Shown one piece after another: positions 26,995 through 37,852 of a stretch of DNA of 64,000 nt. Position 1 is the stretch's first letter. The number at the start of each line of letters is the position of its first letter. Below the pieces are notes generated by a model. It was given only the letters and a program-made list of their open reading frames with translations. It searched no databases and had not been told where the DNA came from. The translations under genes and the position numbers were made by a program. The stretch comes from an uncultured Chloroflexia bacterium (GTDB lineage: Bacteria > Chloroflexota > Limnocylindria > Limnocylindrales > CSP1-4). The stretch covers positions 832,001 to 896,000 of the forward strand of contig CAVRGP010000011.1 of assembly GCA_963720755.1 (NCBI GenBank), in the 5' to 3' direction.

Positions 26995-27435
26995 ATGGCA
27001 TTCTGCAAGATCATGCTCATCGGCAATCTCGGCCGCGACCCGGAGATGCGCTATACGCCCGCCGGCAAGCCGGTCACCCAATTCAGCGTGGCGGTCAGCC
27101 ATAGCCGTCCGGACGGTCAGGGCGGGTGGCAGGACGAAGGCACGGACTGGTACCGGGTCAGCGTGTTCGGAGACCGGGCCGAGCGCGTCGCGGATCAGCT
27201 CCGCAAAGGCAACAAGGTGTTCGTCGAAGGGCGCTTCAAGACCCGTGAATTCGAGGGCAAGGACGGCGAGAAACGGCTATCGCTCGACGTGATCTCGGAC
27301 AACGTCATCAGCCTCGAGCGCCGCGGCGGCCGTGACGACGACGCCGCGTTCGCTGGCGTGCCAGCCGGCACCGCCAGCGGCGGGGGCTCGCGCCCGCCAG
27401 CAGACGATTCAGATCTCGACGACCTTCCCTTCTGA
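26995..27435 (+). CDS. ssb: Single-stranded DNA-binding protein
   Basis: LIGNLGRDPEMRYT; C-terminal DDLPF. Confidence 0.97.
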   Translation: MAFCKIMLIGNLGRDPEMRYTPAGKPVTQFSVAVSHSRPDGQGGWQDEGTDWYRVSVFGDRAERVADQLRKGNKVFVEGRFKTREFEGKDGEKRLSLDVISDNVISLERRGGRDDDAAFAGVPAGTASGGGSRPPADDSDLDDLPF

Positions 27436-27450
27436 TCAGGAGAACGAACG

Positions 27451-27720
27451 ATGCCACCTCCCGCCCGCGCCAAGAAGCGCGACGACTTCTACCGTGATCG
27501 CCGCCGCCGCAAGGTCTGCGCGTTCTGTGCCGACAAGACGGCCCAGATCGATTACAAGGAGGTCAACCGCCTCCGTCGATACCTGTCGGAGCGAGCCAAG
27601 ATCGAGCCGCGTCGGAAGACGGGCACCTGCGCGGGGCATCAGCGCGAGCTGGCGGTGGCCCTCAAGCGCGCCCGCCACGTCGCGTTGCTCCCGTACGCAC
27701 CGCAGCACCTTCGGCCCTGA
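27451..27720 (+). CDS. rpsR: 30S ribosomal protein S18 (Zn-binding form)
   Basis: [26 protein letters not shown]. Confidence 0.97.
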   Translation: MPPPARAKKRDDFYRDRRRRKVCAFCADKTAQIDYKEVNRLRRYLSERAKIEPRRKTGTCAGHQRELAVALKRARHVALLPYAPQHLRP

Positions 27721-27770
27721 ACGAGCGGGCCGACCGCGGCGGATGACCATGTCGTTCCGGCCCGCGTGAC

Positions 27771-28610
27771 GTGTTGATCGGCCTGCTGATCGTCGGAGGG
27801 GTCGCCGCGGGGGCGTTCGGCTCATTGCTCGGCCTTGGTGGCGGCGTGTTGATCGTGCCGCTCCTCACGTTCGGGTTCGGATTGCCGCTCCGTGAAGCGG
27901 TCGGCGTTTCACTGATCTGCGTGGCCATGACCAGCAGCGCCGCCGCTGGCGTCTATCTGGAGCGCCACGTGGCCAATCTTCGGCTCGGGATGACCCTGGA
28001 GCTGTTCACCGTCATCGGGGCCCTGGTCGGTGGATCCGTCGCGTTCCTCCTCGATGAGCGCCTCCTCTCCCTCCTGTTCGGGGTGCTCCTGCTGTACGTT
28101 GCGTTGACGATGGCTCGGGCCCGCGTCGTGGAGCCGACCCTGATGCCGGACGACGTTGACGGGACCGCAGACGAGGCGGTGAGCGATCCGGAGCCGCCGA
28201 CCACGCTCGATCGTCTGTCGGGACCCGGCTACCGCGTTCGCCATCTCCGGCGCGGCGTGATCGGGGCGACCGGGGCCGGGATCCTGTCCGCCTTGCTCGG
28301 GATCGGTGGGGGGATCATCAAAGTCCCGCTGATGCATCTGGCGATGGGTGTGCCGCTCCGGGTCGCGACCGCCACGAGCAACATGATGATCGGGATCACG
28401 GCGGCCGCCAGCGCGGTGATCTATGTCGTCCGCGGTGGGATCGATCCGTATGTCGCCGGCCCGACCGCGATCGGTGTCTTCCTGGGCGCGACCGCAGGGT
28501 CGCGGCTGGCCCATCGAATCGATGTCCGGATCCTCCGCCTGCTGTTCGTGGTCGTGCTGGTCTACACCGGGGTCCAGATGCTCCTGCGGAGTTTCGGAGG
28601 CGGTTCGTGA
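27771..28610 (+). CDS. TauE/SafE (TSUP) sulfite exporter family protein
   Basis: GLGGGVLIVP, GIGGGIIKVP, ATATSNMMIG. Confidence 0.9.
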   Translation: MLIGLLIVGGVAAGAFGSLLGLGGGVLIVPLLTFGFGLPLREAVGVSLICVAMTSSAAAGVYLERHVANLRLGMTLELFTVIGALVGGSVAFLLDERLLSLLFGVLLLYVALTMARARVVEPTLMPDDVDGTADEAVSDPEPPTTLDRLSGPGYRVRHLRRGVIGATGAGILSALLGIGGGIIKVPLMHLAMGVPLRVATATSNMMIGITAAASAVIYVVRGGIDPYVAGPTAIGVFLGATAGSRLAHRIDVRILRLLFVVVLVYTGVQMLLRSFGGGS

Positions 28611-28978
28611 CGCCATCGACCGGTCGACGCACGCGAGCGGCCGAGCGACTCAGCGGGCAGTTGCTCATCGGGTTCACGTACGTCGCCGTCGTGCTGCTGG
28701 TGCTGGGCGTGCTGGCCATGGCCGCGGCCGGGATCTCGGCCCTCGATGGCGGCCCGACGTTCGACGTGACGTCCCTACCGGCGGACCTCGCGGATCTCGC
28801 CCCGGCGAGCGTGCTGTGGCTGGGTCTGCTGTTCGTCATCGCGGCGCCCATCTGCCGGGTCATCGTGGCCGGCGTCGCGTACGCCTTCGATTCCGATTGG
28901 CGGATGGTCGCGATCTCGATCGGCATCCTTGTGCTCATCGGGATCGGTGTCGCCACGGCCCTGACGGTTACCTTGTAG
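28607..28978 (+). CDS. DUF1634-like membrane protein
   Basis: GLLFVIAAPICRV motif; typical TauE partner. Confidence 0.75.
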   Translation: MTPSTGRRTRAAERLSGQLLIGFTYVAVVLLVLGVLAMAAAGISALDGGPTFDVTSLPADLADLAPASVLWLGLLFVIAAPICRVIVAGVAYAFDSDWRMVAISIGILVLIGIGVATALTVTL

Positions 28979-28981
28979 TCG

Positions 28982-30052
28982 ATGGACATCCTCGTTCTCG
29001 TCGTCGCCTTCGTGATCATCCTGGCCGGCGCCGAGCTTTTCACGAACGGCATCGAATGGTTCGGGCACAAGCTCGGACTGGCCGAGGGCGCGGTCGGATC
29101 CGTGCTTGCTGCCGTCGGGACGGCGTTGCCGGAGACGATGATCCCGATCATCGCCATCCTGTTCGCGAGCGGCACTTCATCGGCCGAAGTCGGGATCGGG
29201 GCGATTCTGGGGGCGCCGTTCATGCTCGCCACCCTGGCCATGTTCGTGACCGGTGTGGCCGTCCTGTGGGCCGGCCGCAGACGGTCGAGTGGCGACCTGA
29301 TGCGAGTGGACACCGGGGTTCTCGCGCATGACATGCGCTACTTTGCGATGGCCTACGCGTTGGCCATCGGCGCCGCATTCCTGCCGGTCGAGCCGGTCTG
29401 GCCGAAGTGGGTCGTGGCAGCCATCCTGATCGGGACCTACGGCTGGTACGTCAAGGGCCATTTCGAGGCCGATGCCGAGTCCAGTGGCGACGACCTCGCC
29501 CCCCTCCGGTTCCACCGGCTGGATCGCAACGGCCATCAGGTCGACGCGTCGGTCCCTCGCCTTCGGGTCGTCAACCTGCAGGTCGTCGCGGCCCTGGCGC
29601 TGATCGTCCTTGGTGCTGTGTTCTTCGTCCAGGCAGTCGATCACCTCGCCTCGCAGCTGGGTGTCGACAGCGTGCTCCTCGCCCTCGTCATCGCCCCGAT
29701 CGCGACCGAGCTTCCGGAGAAGTTCAACTCGGTCATCTGGGTCCGGCAAGGGAAGGACACACTCGCGATGGGCAACATCACCGGGGCGATGGTGTTCCAG
29801 GCCACGATCCCGACGGTCATCGCACTCGTCTTCGCATCCAGTTCATGGGTGGTCACCGAGGCCTCGTATGTCGCCTTCGCATCGGCCGGGATCGCGTTCC
29901 TGTCGTCGGCGTTCATCTTCATCCCGATGGCCCGCCGCGGGGTCCTGCACGGGAAGAACCTGCTGGTGGGTGGGGTCTTCTATCTGGCCTACCTGGGCCT
30001 CGTCGCGGGCGTGGTCAGCGGCGCGATCGGCGGGCCGGCCACGGGCCATTGA
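28982..30052 (+). CDS. Sodium:calcium antiporter (CaCA)
   Basis: GTALPET and ATELPEK alpha repeats. Confidence 0.9.
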   Translation: MDILVLVVAFVIILAGAELFTNGIEWFGHKLGLAEGAVGSVLAAVGTALPETMIPIIAILFASGTSSAEVGIGAILGAPFMLATLAMFVTGVAVLWAGRRRSSGDLMRVDTGVLAHDMRYFAMAYALAIGAAFLPVEPVWPKWVVAAILIGTYGWYVKGHFEADAESSGDDLAPLRFHRLDRNGHQVDASVPRLRVVNLQVVAALALIVLGAVFFVQAVDHLASQLGVDSVLLALVIAPIATELPEKFNSVIWVRQGKDTLAMGNITGAMVFQATIPTVIALVFASSSWVVTEASYVAFASAGIAFLSSAFIFIPMARRGVLHGKNLLVGGVFYLAYLGLVAGVVSGAIGGPATGH

Positions 30053-30091
30053 TATACTTTCGGTCGACCACATCGCGCAGGAGCCGCATCC

Positions 30092-31072
30092 ATGCTCACC
30101 CAGGATCCTGACAGCGCGTCCGTCCCGGCCACGCATCACGCCCCCACACCCGGATCACTCGACGACCTGATCTGCTACTTCGAAGGCGACTGGGTCCCGA
30201 TGCGCGACGCAAAGGTCAGCATCATGACCCACGCATTCATGTACGGCACCGCGACCTTCGAAGGGATCCGCGCCTACTGGAATGCAGACCAAGAACGCCT
30301 CTACGGCCTGAAGATTCGCGAGCATGTCGAACGGATCCGGCAGTCCTGTCGGATCCTGCTGATGCGGGATGTCCCGTCCGTGGATGAGTTGACGAGGCTG
30401 ATCGTCGAGACGATCCGACGCAACGACTTCCACCATGACGTCTACGTCCGGCCGTCGTTCTACAAGTCGACCTCGGCGATCGGTGTCCGCCTGCACGAAC
30501 TGGACAACGAGCTATACATCATCGCCATCCCGTTCGGCGACTACATCGCCACCGAGACGGGCATCCGGGTGATGACCTCGACCTGGCGCCGCAACGCGGA
30601 CGATGCCCTGCCCGCGCGCGGCAAGATCGTCGGCGGCTACGTCAACATGGCCTTCCAGAAGACCGAGGCGGAGCTCAACGGCTTCGACGAGGCGATCGTG
30701 TTGACCGCCGATGGCCACGTCAACGAGGCATCCGCCGCCAACCTCTTCATCGTCCGCGACGGTGTCGCGCTGACCCCGCCGGTGAGCGACGACCTGCTCG
30801 AAGGCGTCACCCGCAAGGCGGTCATGGAACTGCTTGGTAACGAGGGTGTGCCGGTCGAGGTCCGATCGATCGATCGGTCCGAGCTGTACGTGGCGGATGA
30901 GATCTTCCTGTGCGGGACCGGTGTCCAGATCTCCTCGGTCGTCGAAGTCGATCATCGCCCGGTGGGCTCGGGCGCCATCGGTCCGATCGGGAGGCTCGTC
31001 CACGATCGCTACTTCCATGCCGTCCGGGGCAGCCTCCCGGAATACTCGCACTGGCTCACGCCGATCGAATAG
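30092..31072 (+). CDS. ilvE: Branched-chain amino acid aminotransferase
   Basis: HAFMYGTATFEGIRAY, K..GGYVN, E.SAANLF, LEGVTR, CGTG. Confidence 0.92.
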   Translation: MLTQDPDSASVPATHHAPTPGSLDDLICYFEGDWVPMRDAKVSIMTHAFMYGTATFEGIRAYWNADQERLYGLKIREHVERIRQSCRILLMRDVPSVDELTRLIVETIRRNDFHHDVYVRPSFYKSTSAIGVRLHELDNELYIIAIPFGDYIATETGIRVMTSTWRRNADDALPARGKIVGGYVNMAFQKTEAELNGFDEAIVLTADGHVNEASAANLFIVRDGVALTPPVSDDLLEGVTRKAVMELLGNEGVPVEVRSIDRSELYVADEIFLCGTGVQISSVVEVDHRPVGSGAIGPIGRLVHDRYFHAVRGSLPEYSHWLTPIE

Positions 31073-31113
31073 GACGCCGGGTCACCGGGACGCGGCCCGG
31101 GGATCGGACGCGG

Positions 31114-32943
31114 CTAGGAGATCGGGGGAGGGGCCAGGTCCGGTGTCGACCGACCGATGGTGACGATGATGTCCGTATGCACGGTCGGGTCGTTCACCAG
31201 TGCGACCTTCACGCCGAATGTCGACTCGAGGTAGGCGATCGAGTTGGGTAGCCGGGCTTCCGCGCCGTTGTAGACGACGATCGTCGTCGCCGCCGGGACA
31301 CCGCCCGCCGGCTTCTGGCGTGGTGCCGACGCAGCCAGGCCGTGGTAGTCCAGGTACCCGGCGAGTCGGACCCCACGGCCGCTGTCCGAGGTGCCGTTGA
31401 GGACCCAGACTCCGGCGCCCTCGTTGGCGAGATCCTGGCGCTGGGCCTCATCCGGCGGATCGGCCGAGAAGGCGTCACGGACGGCCGCCCGGATCTTGCT
31501 CACGTACGGTTCGATGATGTAGCCGCGCGGACTGTTCAGGTATTCCTTTCCGTAGTACGGCGGCGAGAAGACATAGGACTGGATCGCCTTGGTGTCGATC
31601 TGCGAGGCGAGTCCGAGGAGCGGTGCCAGCTGGTTGGCCGGGATGTCGGTCGAAACCGCGGACTGGAGCGCGGAGATCAGGGCCGGCAGGTTTGGGATGA
31701 GGGCCTGGGGGTCGGCCTGCTCGCGCATCGACAGGAGGATGCGCTGCTGCCGGGCACCCCGGTCGAAATCGTTCGAACCGTGTCGAGAGCGGGCGTAGCG
31801 GAGCGCCTCGGCGCCGTTCATGTGCTGGATCCCGCTCGGGATGTACAGACGACGGAGCTGGCCGCCGGCGCCCGGGTATCGATCGTCCGAGACCGGGACC
31901 TGGACGTTGACGGTGACGCCACCCATCACGTCGACGATCTGCTTGAACCCGTCGAAATTGACCTCGACGAAGTACTTGACGTCCAGGCCGTAGAGGTTGC
32001 CGAGGATCGCCTTGAGGCCGTTGTACCCGATCGTCTTCTTCGTGCCCGGGAAGAGGTCGCCACGCCGGTGGATCGACGTCCACCAGCCGTTGATCTTGCC
32101 GGTGTAGACGGGCCCATACGCAGCGCGAGCCGGTCCCGACGGGGTCGGGATGTCGACCATGTCCCGGGGCAGGGTGAACATCGTCACCTGCTTGGTCGTC
32201 GGGTCGACGGATACGACGATCATCGTGTCGGTATTGAATGTGCCCTCGTTGGGCCGCTGATCGGCTCCGATGAGCAGGATGTTGAGGCGTTGCTTGCCGT
32301 CCCAGGGCGGGATGGAAACCTCCGGCAGGTCGCTTCCGGCCGGGGTGGTCTCCGGGACGGGCGAATCGGTCGAATCGACGCCGACGACGTCGGTCGGCGT
32401 TGCGGCGGCCGAGGAGCCAGGCGACGGGGTGGCGTCCAGAACGCAGTCGCTGGACGTATCGCTGATGAAGATGCAGCCGTTGGACAGGAACTGCTGCGCC
32501 AGCACGTCGTACCGGGCCACGACCACGTGGCTGCCGGCCATGACCAGGATGATCGCGATGAGTCCGGCGATCGACAGGGGGTCCCGGGCGATCCGTACCC
32601 GGCCGGCACGGGCCGAGCCAGATGCCGATGTGCCGTTCAGGTACACGGTCACCCGATAGGCGTCGACGATGGCGACCAGGCGATAGACCAGGACCCCGAG
32701 GTTGATGAAGAAGACGGCGCTCAGGACGGCCGGGTCGATGACGAACCCGAGCAGCGCGATCCGGTCCAGGCGGAGCGCCATCCCGGCGCCCAGGGCGAGG
32801 ACCAGGATCGGGCCTGCGGCGAAAGCAAGGGCACGCATCGGCGCACCAGCGTAGAGCTGGCCAAGGCCGGGGAAGATCAGGGAAAGGAAGGCCGCCGCGA
32901 ACGGCGATCGAGCGCGCGCTCGCGCACCCTCAGGTTCTTGCAT
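31114..32943 (-). CDS. LCP (LytR-CpsA-Psr) family protein with LytR_C domain
   Basis: NILLIGAD, TDTMIVV, LPRD, YARSRH..DFDR..RQQ, VLNGT. Confidence 0.92.
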   Translation of the reverse strand: MQEPEGARARARSPFAAAFLSLIFPGLGQLYAGAPMRALAFAAGPILVLALGAGMALRLDRIALLGFVIDPAVLSAVFFINLGVLVYRLVAIVDAYRVTVYLNGTSASGSARAGRVRIARDPLSIAGLIAIILVMAGSHVVVARYDVLAQQFLSNGCIFISDTSSDCVLDATPSPGSSAAATPTDVVGVDSTDSPVPETTPAGSDLPEVSIPPWDGKQRLNILLIGADQRPNEGTFNTDTMIVVSVDPTTKQVTMFTLPRDMVDIPTPSGPARAAYGPVYTGKINGWWTSIHRRGDLFPGTKKTIGYNGLKAILGNLYGLDVKYFVEVNFDGFKQIVDVMGGVTVNVQVPVSDDRYPGAGGQLRRLYIPSGIQHMNGAEALRYARSRHGSNDFDRGARQQRILLSMREQADPQALIPNLPALISALQSAVSTDIPANQLAPLLGLASQIDTKAIQSYVFSPPYYGKEYLNSPRGYIIEPYVSKIRAAVRDAFSADPPDEAQRQDLANEGAGVWVLNGTSDSGRGVRLAGYLDYHGLAASAPRQKPAGGVPAATTIVVYNGAEARLPNSIAYLESTFGVKVALVNDPTVHTDIIVTIGRSTPDLAPPPIS

Positions 32944-33034
32944 CGCGGGTAGGATAACCGGACCCATCGAATCGAGCACCAGCGCGCAGCGCCCCCTGCG
33001 CGCCACCGCGAACCGGCCAGTCGCCCGAGGCAGA

Positions 33035-36000
33035 ATGTTCCGATCCGTCAACTCGAAGCCTGACTTCGTCGCCCAGGAATACGCCATCCTGGACATGTGG
33101 CGCGAGCGTCGGACGTTCGCTCGCCTTCGCGCCCAGAACGCGGGCGGAGCCCGCTGGAGCTTCCTCGATGGGCCGATCACGGCCAACAACCCGATGGGCG
33201 TCCACCATGCCTGGGGTCGTGCCTACAAGGATCTCTACCAGCGCTTCCACGCGATGCTCGGAGAGGACCAGCGCTACCAGAACGGTTTCGACTGCCAGGG
33301 CCTGTGGGTGGAGGTCAACGTCGAGCGAGACCTCGGTTTCACGTCCAAGCGCGACATCGAGGCATTCGGGATCGACCGGTTCGTGACCCTGTGCAAGCAG
33401 CGTGTCCTGACCTACGCCGCGCGCCAGACGGAGCAGTCGATCCGGCTGGGCATGTGGATGGACTGGAACGATCCCGATGAATTGCGCCGGCTGCACGACC
33501 TGCTGGCGACCGACCCGGCGACTGTCACGACGATCGAAGGCCCGCAGGGCCCGGTCAGCGACACCGTCGAGATGCTCGTCGGGCGCCTCGGGATGCCGGA
33601 CACCGGAGGCAGCTACTTCACCTTCAGCAACGAGAACAACGACCTGATCTGGGGGTTCCTGTCCGAGTGCCATCGTCGCGGCTGGCTGTACAAGGGCCAC
33701 GACACGATGCCGTGGTGCGCCCGGTGCGGGACTGGCCTGTCGCAGATGGAGATGAACGAGGGCTACCAGGATCGGGAGGACCCCGGGCTGACCGTTCGGT
33801 TCCCGCTGGTCGACCGCCCTGGAGAATCGTTGCTCGTCTGGACCACGACGCCGTGGACCCTGACCTCGAACGTCGCCGCGGCGGTCGGTCCGGCCGTGCC
33901 CTACGTCCGGGTCCGTCAGGGCGAGGATCGGTTCTGGCTGGGCAAGGACGCGCTGAAGACGGCGCTCGTCGGGCCGTTCACGGTCGAGGAGGAGGTCACG
34001 GGCGAAGACCTCATCGGCTGGCGGTATCGGGGACCGTTCGACGAGCTTCCGGCGGTGCAGGAGGCATTCGTCGGCGCCGGGTATGAGCATCGGGTCATCC
34101 CGTGGGACGAGGTCGGCGCCGACGAAGGCACTGGCGTGGTCCACATCGCACCCGGCTGTGGCGCGGAGGACTACCAGCTGGGCAAGACCCTCGATCTACC
34201 GATGATCGCGCCGCTCGATGAGTCGGGCATCGTGCTCGACGGGTTCGGGTCGCTCAGCGGTCGAGATGTCCGCGACGTGGCCGAGCCGGTCGTGGACCAC
34301 CTCAAACGGGAAGGGACGTTCTATCGGCTTGAACCGTACCTGCACCGCTATCCGCACTGCTGGAGATGCAACACGCCCCTGGTGTTCCGCCTCGTGGACG
34401 AGTGGTACATCAGCATGGGCCCCGTCTACGACCAGCCGCGCGAGACCTTGACCAAGGCCCAGGTCGACGCGAGCCTGCGCTACCAGATCATGGACGTCGT
34501 GGACAGGATCCGCTGGATCCCGGAGTTCGGCTACGACCGTGAGCTCGACTGGCTCCGCAACATGCACGACTGGATGATCAGCAAGAAGCGGTATTGGGGT
34601 CTCGCGCTCCCGATCTACGATTGCTCCGCGTGCGGGACGGTCGACGTCATCGGTGGTCGCGACGAGTTGGAGAAGCGAGCGGTCGAGGGCTGGGAGCAGT
34701 TCGAGGGACATACGCCCCATCGGCCGTGGGTCGATGCGGTTCGGATCGCCTGCCCGTCCTGTGGCGCACCCGTGGAGCGGATCAGCGATGTGGGCAATCC
34801 GTGGCTGGACGCCGGGATCGTCCCGTATTCGACGCTCCATCACCGGGAGGATCCCGAGTACTGGGCGAAGTGGTTCCCGGCCGACTTCATCACCGAGAGT
34901 TTCCCCGGTCAGTTCCGCAACTGGTTCTACTCGATGCTGGCGATGTCGACCGTGCTCCGCCGCGAGGAGCCGTTCAAGACGATCTTCGGGTACGCGACGC
35001 TGTTCGCCGAGGACGGCCGGCAGATGCACAAGAGCTGGGGCAACGCGATCGACTTCGATGAAGCCGCCGATCGCATGGGCGTGGACGTCATGCGCTGGAT
35101 GTTCGCCAAGGCACGACCCGAGGACAACATCCTGTTCGGCTGGCATGCCGCCGACGAGGCGCGCCGCGAGCTGCTCATCCTCTGGAATGTCTACGCGTTC
35201 TTCATCACCTATGCGCGACTCTCCGGCTGGACCCCCGCGGATATCGCACCCCCGGTCGAACAACGACCCGTCCTGGACCGCTGGATCCTGTCGCGGGCGG
35301 CCGGGACCGTCGCGGCGGTCGAGGACCGGCTGCGGGACTTCGATGCCGTCGGAGCGACCAGAGCCCTGTCGAGCTACTTCGATGGCCTGTCGACCTGGTA
35401 CCTCCGCTTGTCGCGGCGCCGATTCTCCCGCCCGGACGATCCGACCGACCAGCGGGCTGCCTTCGCCACGCTCCACGAGGCCCTCGTGGTCACGGCGCGG
35501 ATGCTGGCGCCCATCCTGCCGTTCCTGGCCGAGTCCCTGTACGACAATCTCGTCAGTTCCGTGGCTCCGGATGCCCCCGACAGCGTTCATCTGACGGGTT
35601 GGCCCGGCGCGGGGTCGACGCTCCGCCACGATCCGGACCTCGAAGCCTCGATGGCGATCGCCCAGGGCGCGGTCGACCTTGCCCGAACCCTTCGGAGCAG
35701 CTCGCATATCCGGACGAGGCAGCCCCTGGCCACGGCCTGGCTCGCCCTCCCGGACCGTGGGCAGGCGGCGGAACCCGCCCTGCTGGCGCTGATCGCCGAC
35801 GAGATCAACGTGAAGCGGATCGAACGGATCGATGACGAGTCCGGGCTGGTCGATCGACAGGTGAAGCCGCTCCTCCCACGTATCGGCAAGCGCCTGGGGC
35901 CGGCCATCCCGGCGGTGATGGCCGCGGCCCGATCCGGCGAGGTGACCTTCGAGGCCGACGGTTCGGTCACCCTGGCCGGTGTCACCCTCTCTCCCGACGA

Positions 36001-36364
36001 GGTCGAGATCCAGGCGACGCCTCGCCCGGGCACGGCCGTCGCCCACCACGACGGCCTGGTCGTGGTCCTCGATACCGCCCTGACGCCCGAACTCATCGCC
36101 GAGGGCGACGCTCGTGAGCTCGCCCGGGCCGTCCAGGACCTCCGCCGCGAGGCCGGCCTGGAGCTCGACGATCGGATCGACCTGTGGGTAGGCCCGATTC
36201 CTGAGCTCGTCGCGAGTCATCTCCCGGCCGTCGCCGTGGACACGCTCGCCTCCCTGCAGACCGGTCCGGTCGCGGCCGACGCTCATGCGGCGACGGTCGA
36301 ATCGGCGTCGGGATCGGTGGCGATCGCCCTGCGGCGGACGCCGGCCGGGGGTGATGCCCGGTGA
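33035..36364 (+). CDS. ileS: Isoleucyl-tRNA synthetase, type 2
   Basis: DGPITAN..GVHHAWGR, WTTTPWTL.SN, GTGVVHIAP, DWMISKKRYWG, QMHKS. Confidence 0.96.
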   Translation: MFRSVNSKPDFVAQEYAILDMWRERRTFARLRAQNAGGARWSFLDGPITANNPMGVHHAWGRAYKDLYQRFHAMLGEDQRYQNGFDCQGLWVEVNVERDLGFTSKRDIEAFGIDRFVTLCKQRVLTYAARQTEQSIRLGMWMDWNDPDELRRLHDLLATDPATVTTIEGPQGPVSDTVEMLVGRLGMPDTGGSYFTFSNENNDLIWGFLSECHRRGWLYKGHDTMPWCARCGTGLSQMEMNEGYQDREDPGLTVRFPLVDRPGESLLVWTTTPWTLTSNVAAAVGPAVPYVRVRQGEDRFWLGKDALKTALVGPFTVEEEVTGEDLIGWRYRGPFDELPAVQEAFVGAGYEHRVIPWDEVGADEGTGVVHIAPGCGAEDYQLGKTLDLPMIAPLDESGIVLDGFGSLSGRDVRDVAEPVVDHLKREGTFYRLEPYLHRYPHCWRCNTPLVFRLVDEWYISMGPVYDQPRETLTKAQVDASLRYQIMDVVDRIRWIPEFGYDRELDWLRNMHDWMISKKRYWGLALPIYDCSACGTVDVIGGRDELEKRAVEGWEQFEGHTPHRPWVDAVRIACPSCGAPVERISDVGNPWLDAGIVPYSTLHHREDPEYWAKWFPADFITESFPGQFRNWFYSMLAMSTVLRREEPFKTIFGYATLFAEDGRQMHKSWGNAIDFDEAADRMGVDVMRWMFAKARPEDNILFGWHAADEARRELLILWNVYAFFITYARLSGWTPADIAPPVEQRPVLDRWILSRAAGTVAAVEDRLRDFDAVGATRALSSYFDGLSTWYLRLSRRRFSRPDDPTDQRAAFATLHEALVVTARMLAPILPFLAESLYDNLVSSVAPDAPDSVHLTGWPGAGSTLRHDPDLEASMAIAQGAVDLARTLRSSSHIRTRQPLATAWLALPDRGQAAEPALLALIADEINVKRIERIDDESGLVDRQVKPLLPRIGKRLGPAIPAVMAAARSGEVTFEADGSVTLAGVTLSPDEVEIQATPRPGTAVAHHDGLVVVLDTALTPELIAEGDARELARAVQDLRREAGLELDDRIDLWVGPIPELVASHLPAVAVDTLASLQTGPVAADAHAATVESASGSVAIALRRTPAGGDAR

Positions 36365-36909
36365 CCGACGACACCGCCGCGGTCATCGCCGACGACGAAC
36401 CTGTGGTGCGTCACCGACGCGCGGGTGGTCATTGGTTCGTCTTCCTGGGATTGGCGACGACCGTGGTCATCCTCGATCAGGTGACCAAGGCGTGGCTGGT
36501 CGCCAACGTCTCACCCGGTGAGATCGTCGAGGTGGTGGGCGATCTGATCCGACTCACGCTCAGCCAGAACTCCGGCGCGTTGTTCGGGATGTTCCCGGCC
36601 AACGCGGCCGTCCTGGCGATCGTGTCGCTTGGCGTGATCGGCCTGATCGTCGCCTATCACGCCCGGGCGACCCGGAGCCTGTACTTGTCGATCGCCCTCG
36701 GACTGCTGCTCGGCGGGGCGATCGGGAACCTCGCCGACCGGATCCGCCTCGGCTATGTCGTCGACTTCGTCGACATCGGGCTCGGCACGCTTCGCTTCTA
36801 CACCTTCAACCTAGGCGATTCGGCGATCACCGTCGCCATCCTCATGCTCATCGGCGCGGCGCTCTTCCCGTCGCTGGCAGACCTTGCCGAGGGACCCTCC
36901 GATGGTTGA
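36361..36909 (+). CDS. lspA: Lipoprotein signal peptidase II
   Basis: DQVTK, NSGALFG, GNLADR, VVDF, FNLGD. Confidence 0.95.
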   Translation: MTDDTAAVIADDEPVVRHRRAGGHWFVFLGLATTVVILDQVTKAWLVANVSPGEIVEVVGDLIRLTLSQNSGALFGMFPANAAVLAIVSLGVIGLIVAYHARATRSLYLSIALGLLLGGAIGNLADRIRLGYVVDFVDIGLGTLRFYTFNLGDSAITVAILMLIGAALFPSLADLAEGPSDG

Positions 36910-37852
36910 CCCGTCGTACGCGCCTGGGGTTCGGACCCTTCGCGTGCCCGACGGTTCGGCCGGTCGCGTCGATCGATATGTCGCGGACGCGACGGGCATG
37001 TCGCGGAGCTACATCCAGAAGCTCATCTCCGATGGTCGGTTGACGACGGACGGCGGCGCCCTGCGGGCGAACAGCATCGTCGGCGTCGGGACCGAACTGC
37101 ACCTGGACGTTCCCGAGCCGGTGGCGCTCGACCTGGCACCGGAGCCGGAGATCGGGCTGTCGGTCGTCTACCAGGACGACGATCTGCTGATCATCGACAA
37201 GCCTGCCGGGCTCGTCGTCCACCCGGCGCCCGGACACCAGGCGGGCACGCTCGTCAACGCACTGTTGGCCCATGGTGACGGCTCGACCTGGGGAGGGATC
37301 GCCGGTGTCCAGCGCCCGGGCATCGTCCATCGTCTCGACCGGGATACGAGCGGACTCCTCATGGTCGCCCGAACGGACGCTGCCCAGGCCTCGATCATGG
37401 CCCAGCTCAAGGCCCGGCGGATCAAGAAGACCTACCAGGCGCTCGTCCAGGGCAGCGTGTCCGCGGCCGTCGGTCGGATCGAGGCGCCGATCGGACGGGA
37501 CCCGAAGCACCGCACTCGGATGGCGGTCGTACAAGACGGGCGGCCATCGGTCACGGGCTATCGGGTCCGGGAGCGCTTCGCCGATTGGTCGCTCCTCGAG
37601 CTCGACCTGGTCACCGGACGGACGCACCAGATCCGGGTGCACCTCGATGCGATCGGGCATCCGGTCGCCGGCGACCCGGTCTATGGGACCGGGACCTCGC
37701 GTCGCGGCCCCGACAGGCTCGATCGGCTATTCCTTCACGCCTGGCGGCTCGAGTTGACCTCTCCGTCCGGCGGGCACCTCATCCGAGCCACGGCGCCGCT
37801 GCCGCCCGAACTCGAAGCGACCCTCGACGGTCTCCGTGCAGTGCGCCGATGA
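36902..37852 (+). CDS. RluA/RluD family pseudouridine synthase
   Basis: S4 domain, GIVHRLDRDTSG, TGRTHQIRVH, GDPVY. Confidence 0.95.
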   Translation: MVDPSYAPGVRTLRVPDGSAGRVDRYVADATGMSRSYIQKLISDGRLTTDGGALRANSIVGVGTELHLDVPEPVALDLAPEPEIGLSVVYQDDDLLIIDKPAGLVVHPAPGHQAGTLVNALLAHGDGSTWGGIAGVQRPGIVHRLDRDTSGLLMVARTDAAQASIMAQLKARRIKKTYQALVQGSVSAAVGRIEAPIGRDPKHRTRMAVVQDGRPSVTGYRVRERFADWSLLELDLVTGRTHQIRVHLDAIGHPVAGDPVYGTGTSRRGPDRLDRLFLHAWRLELTSPSGGHLIRATAPLPPELEATLDGLRAVRR

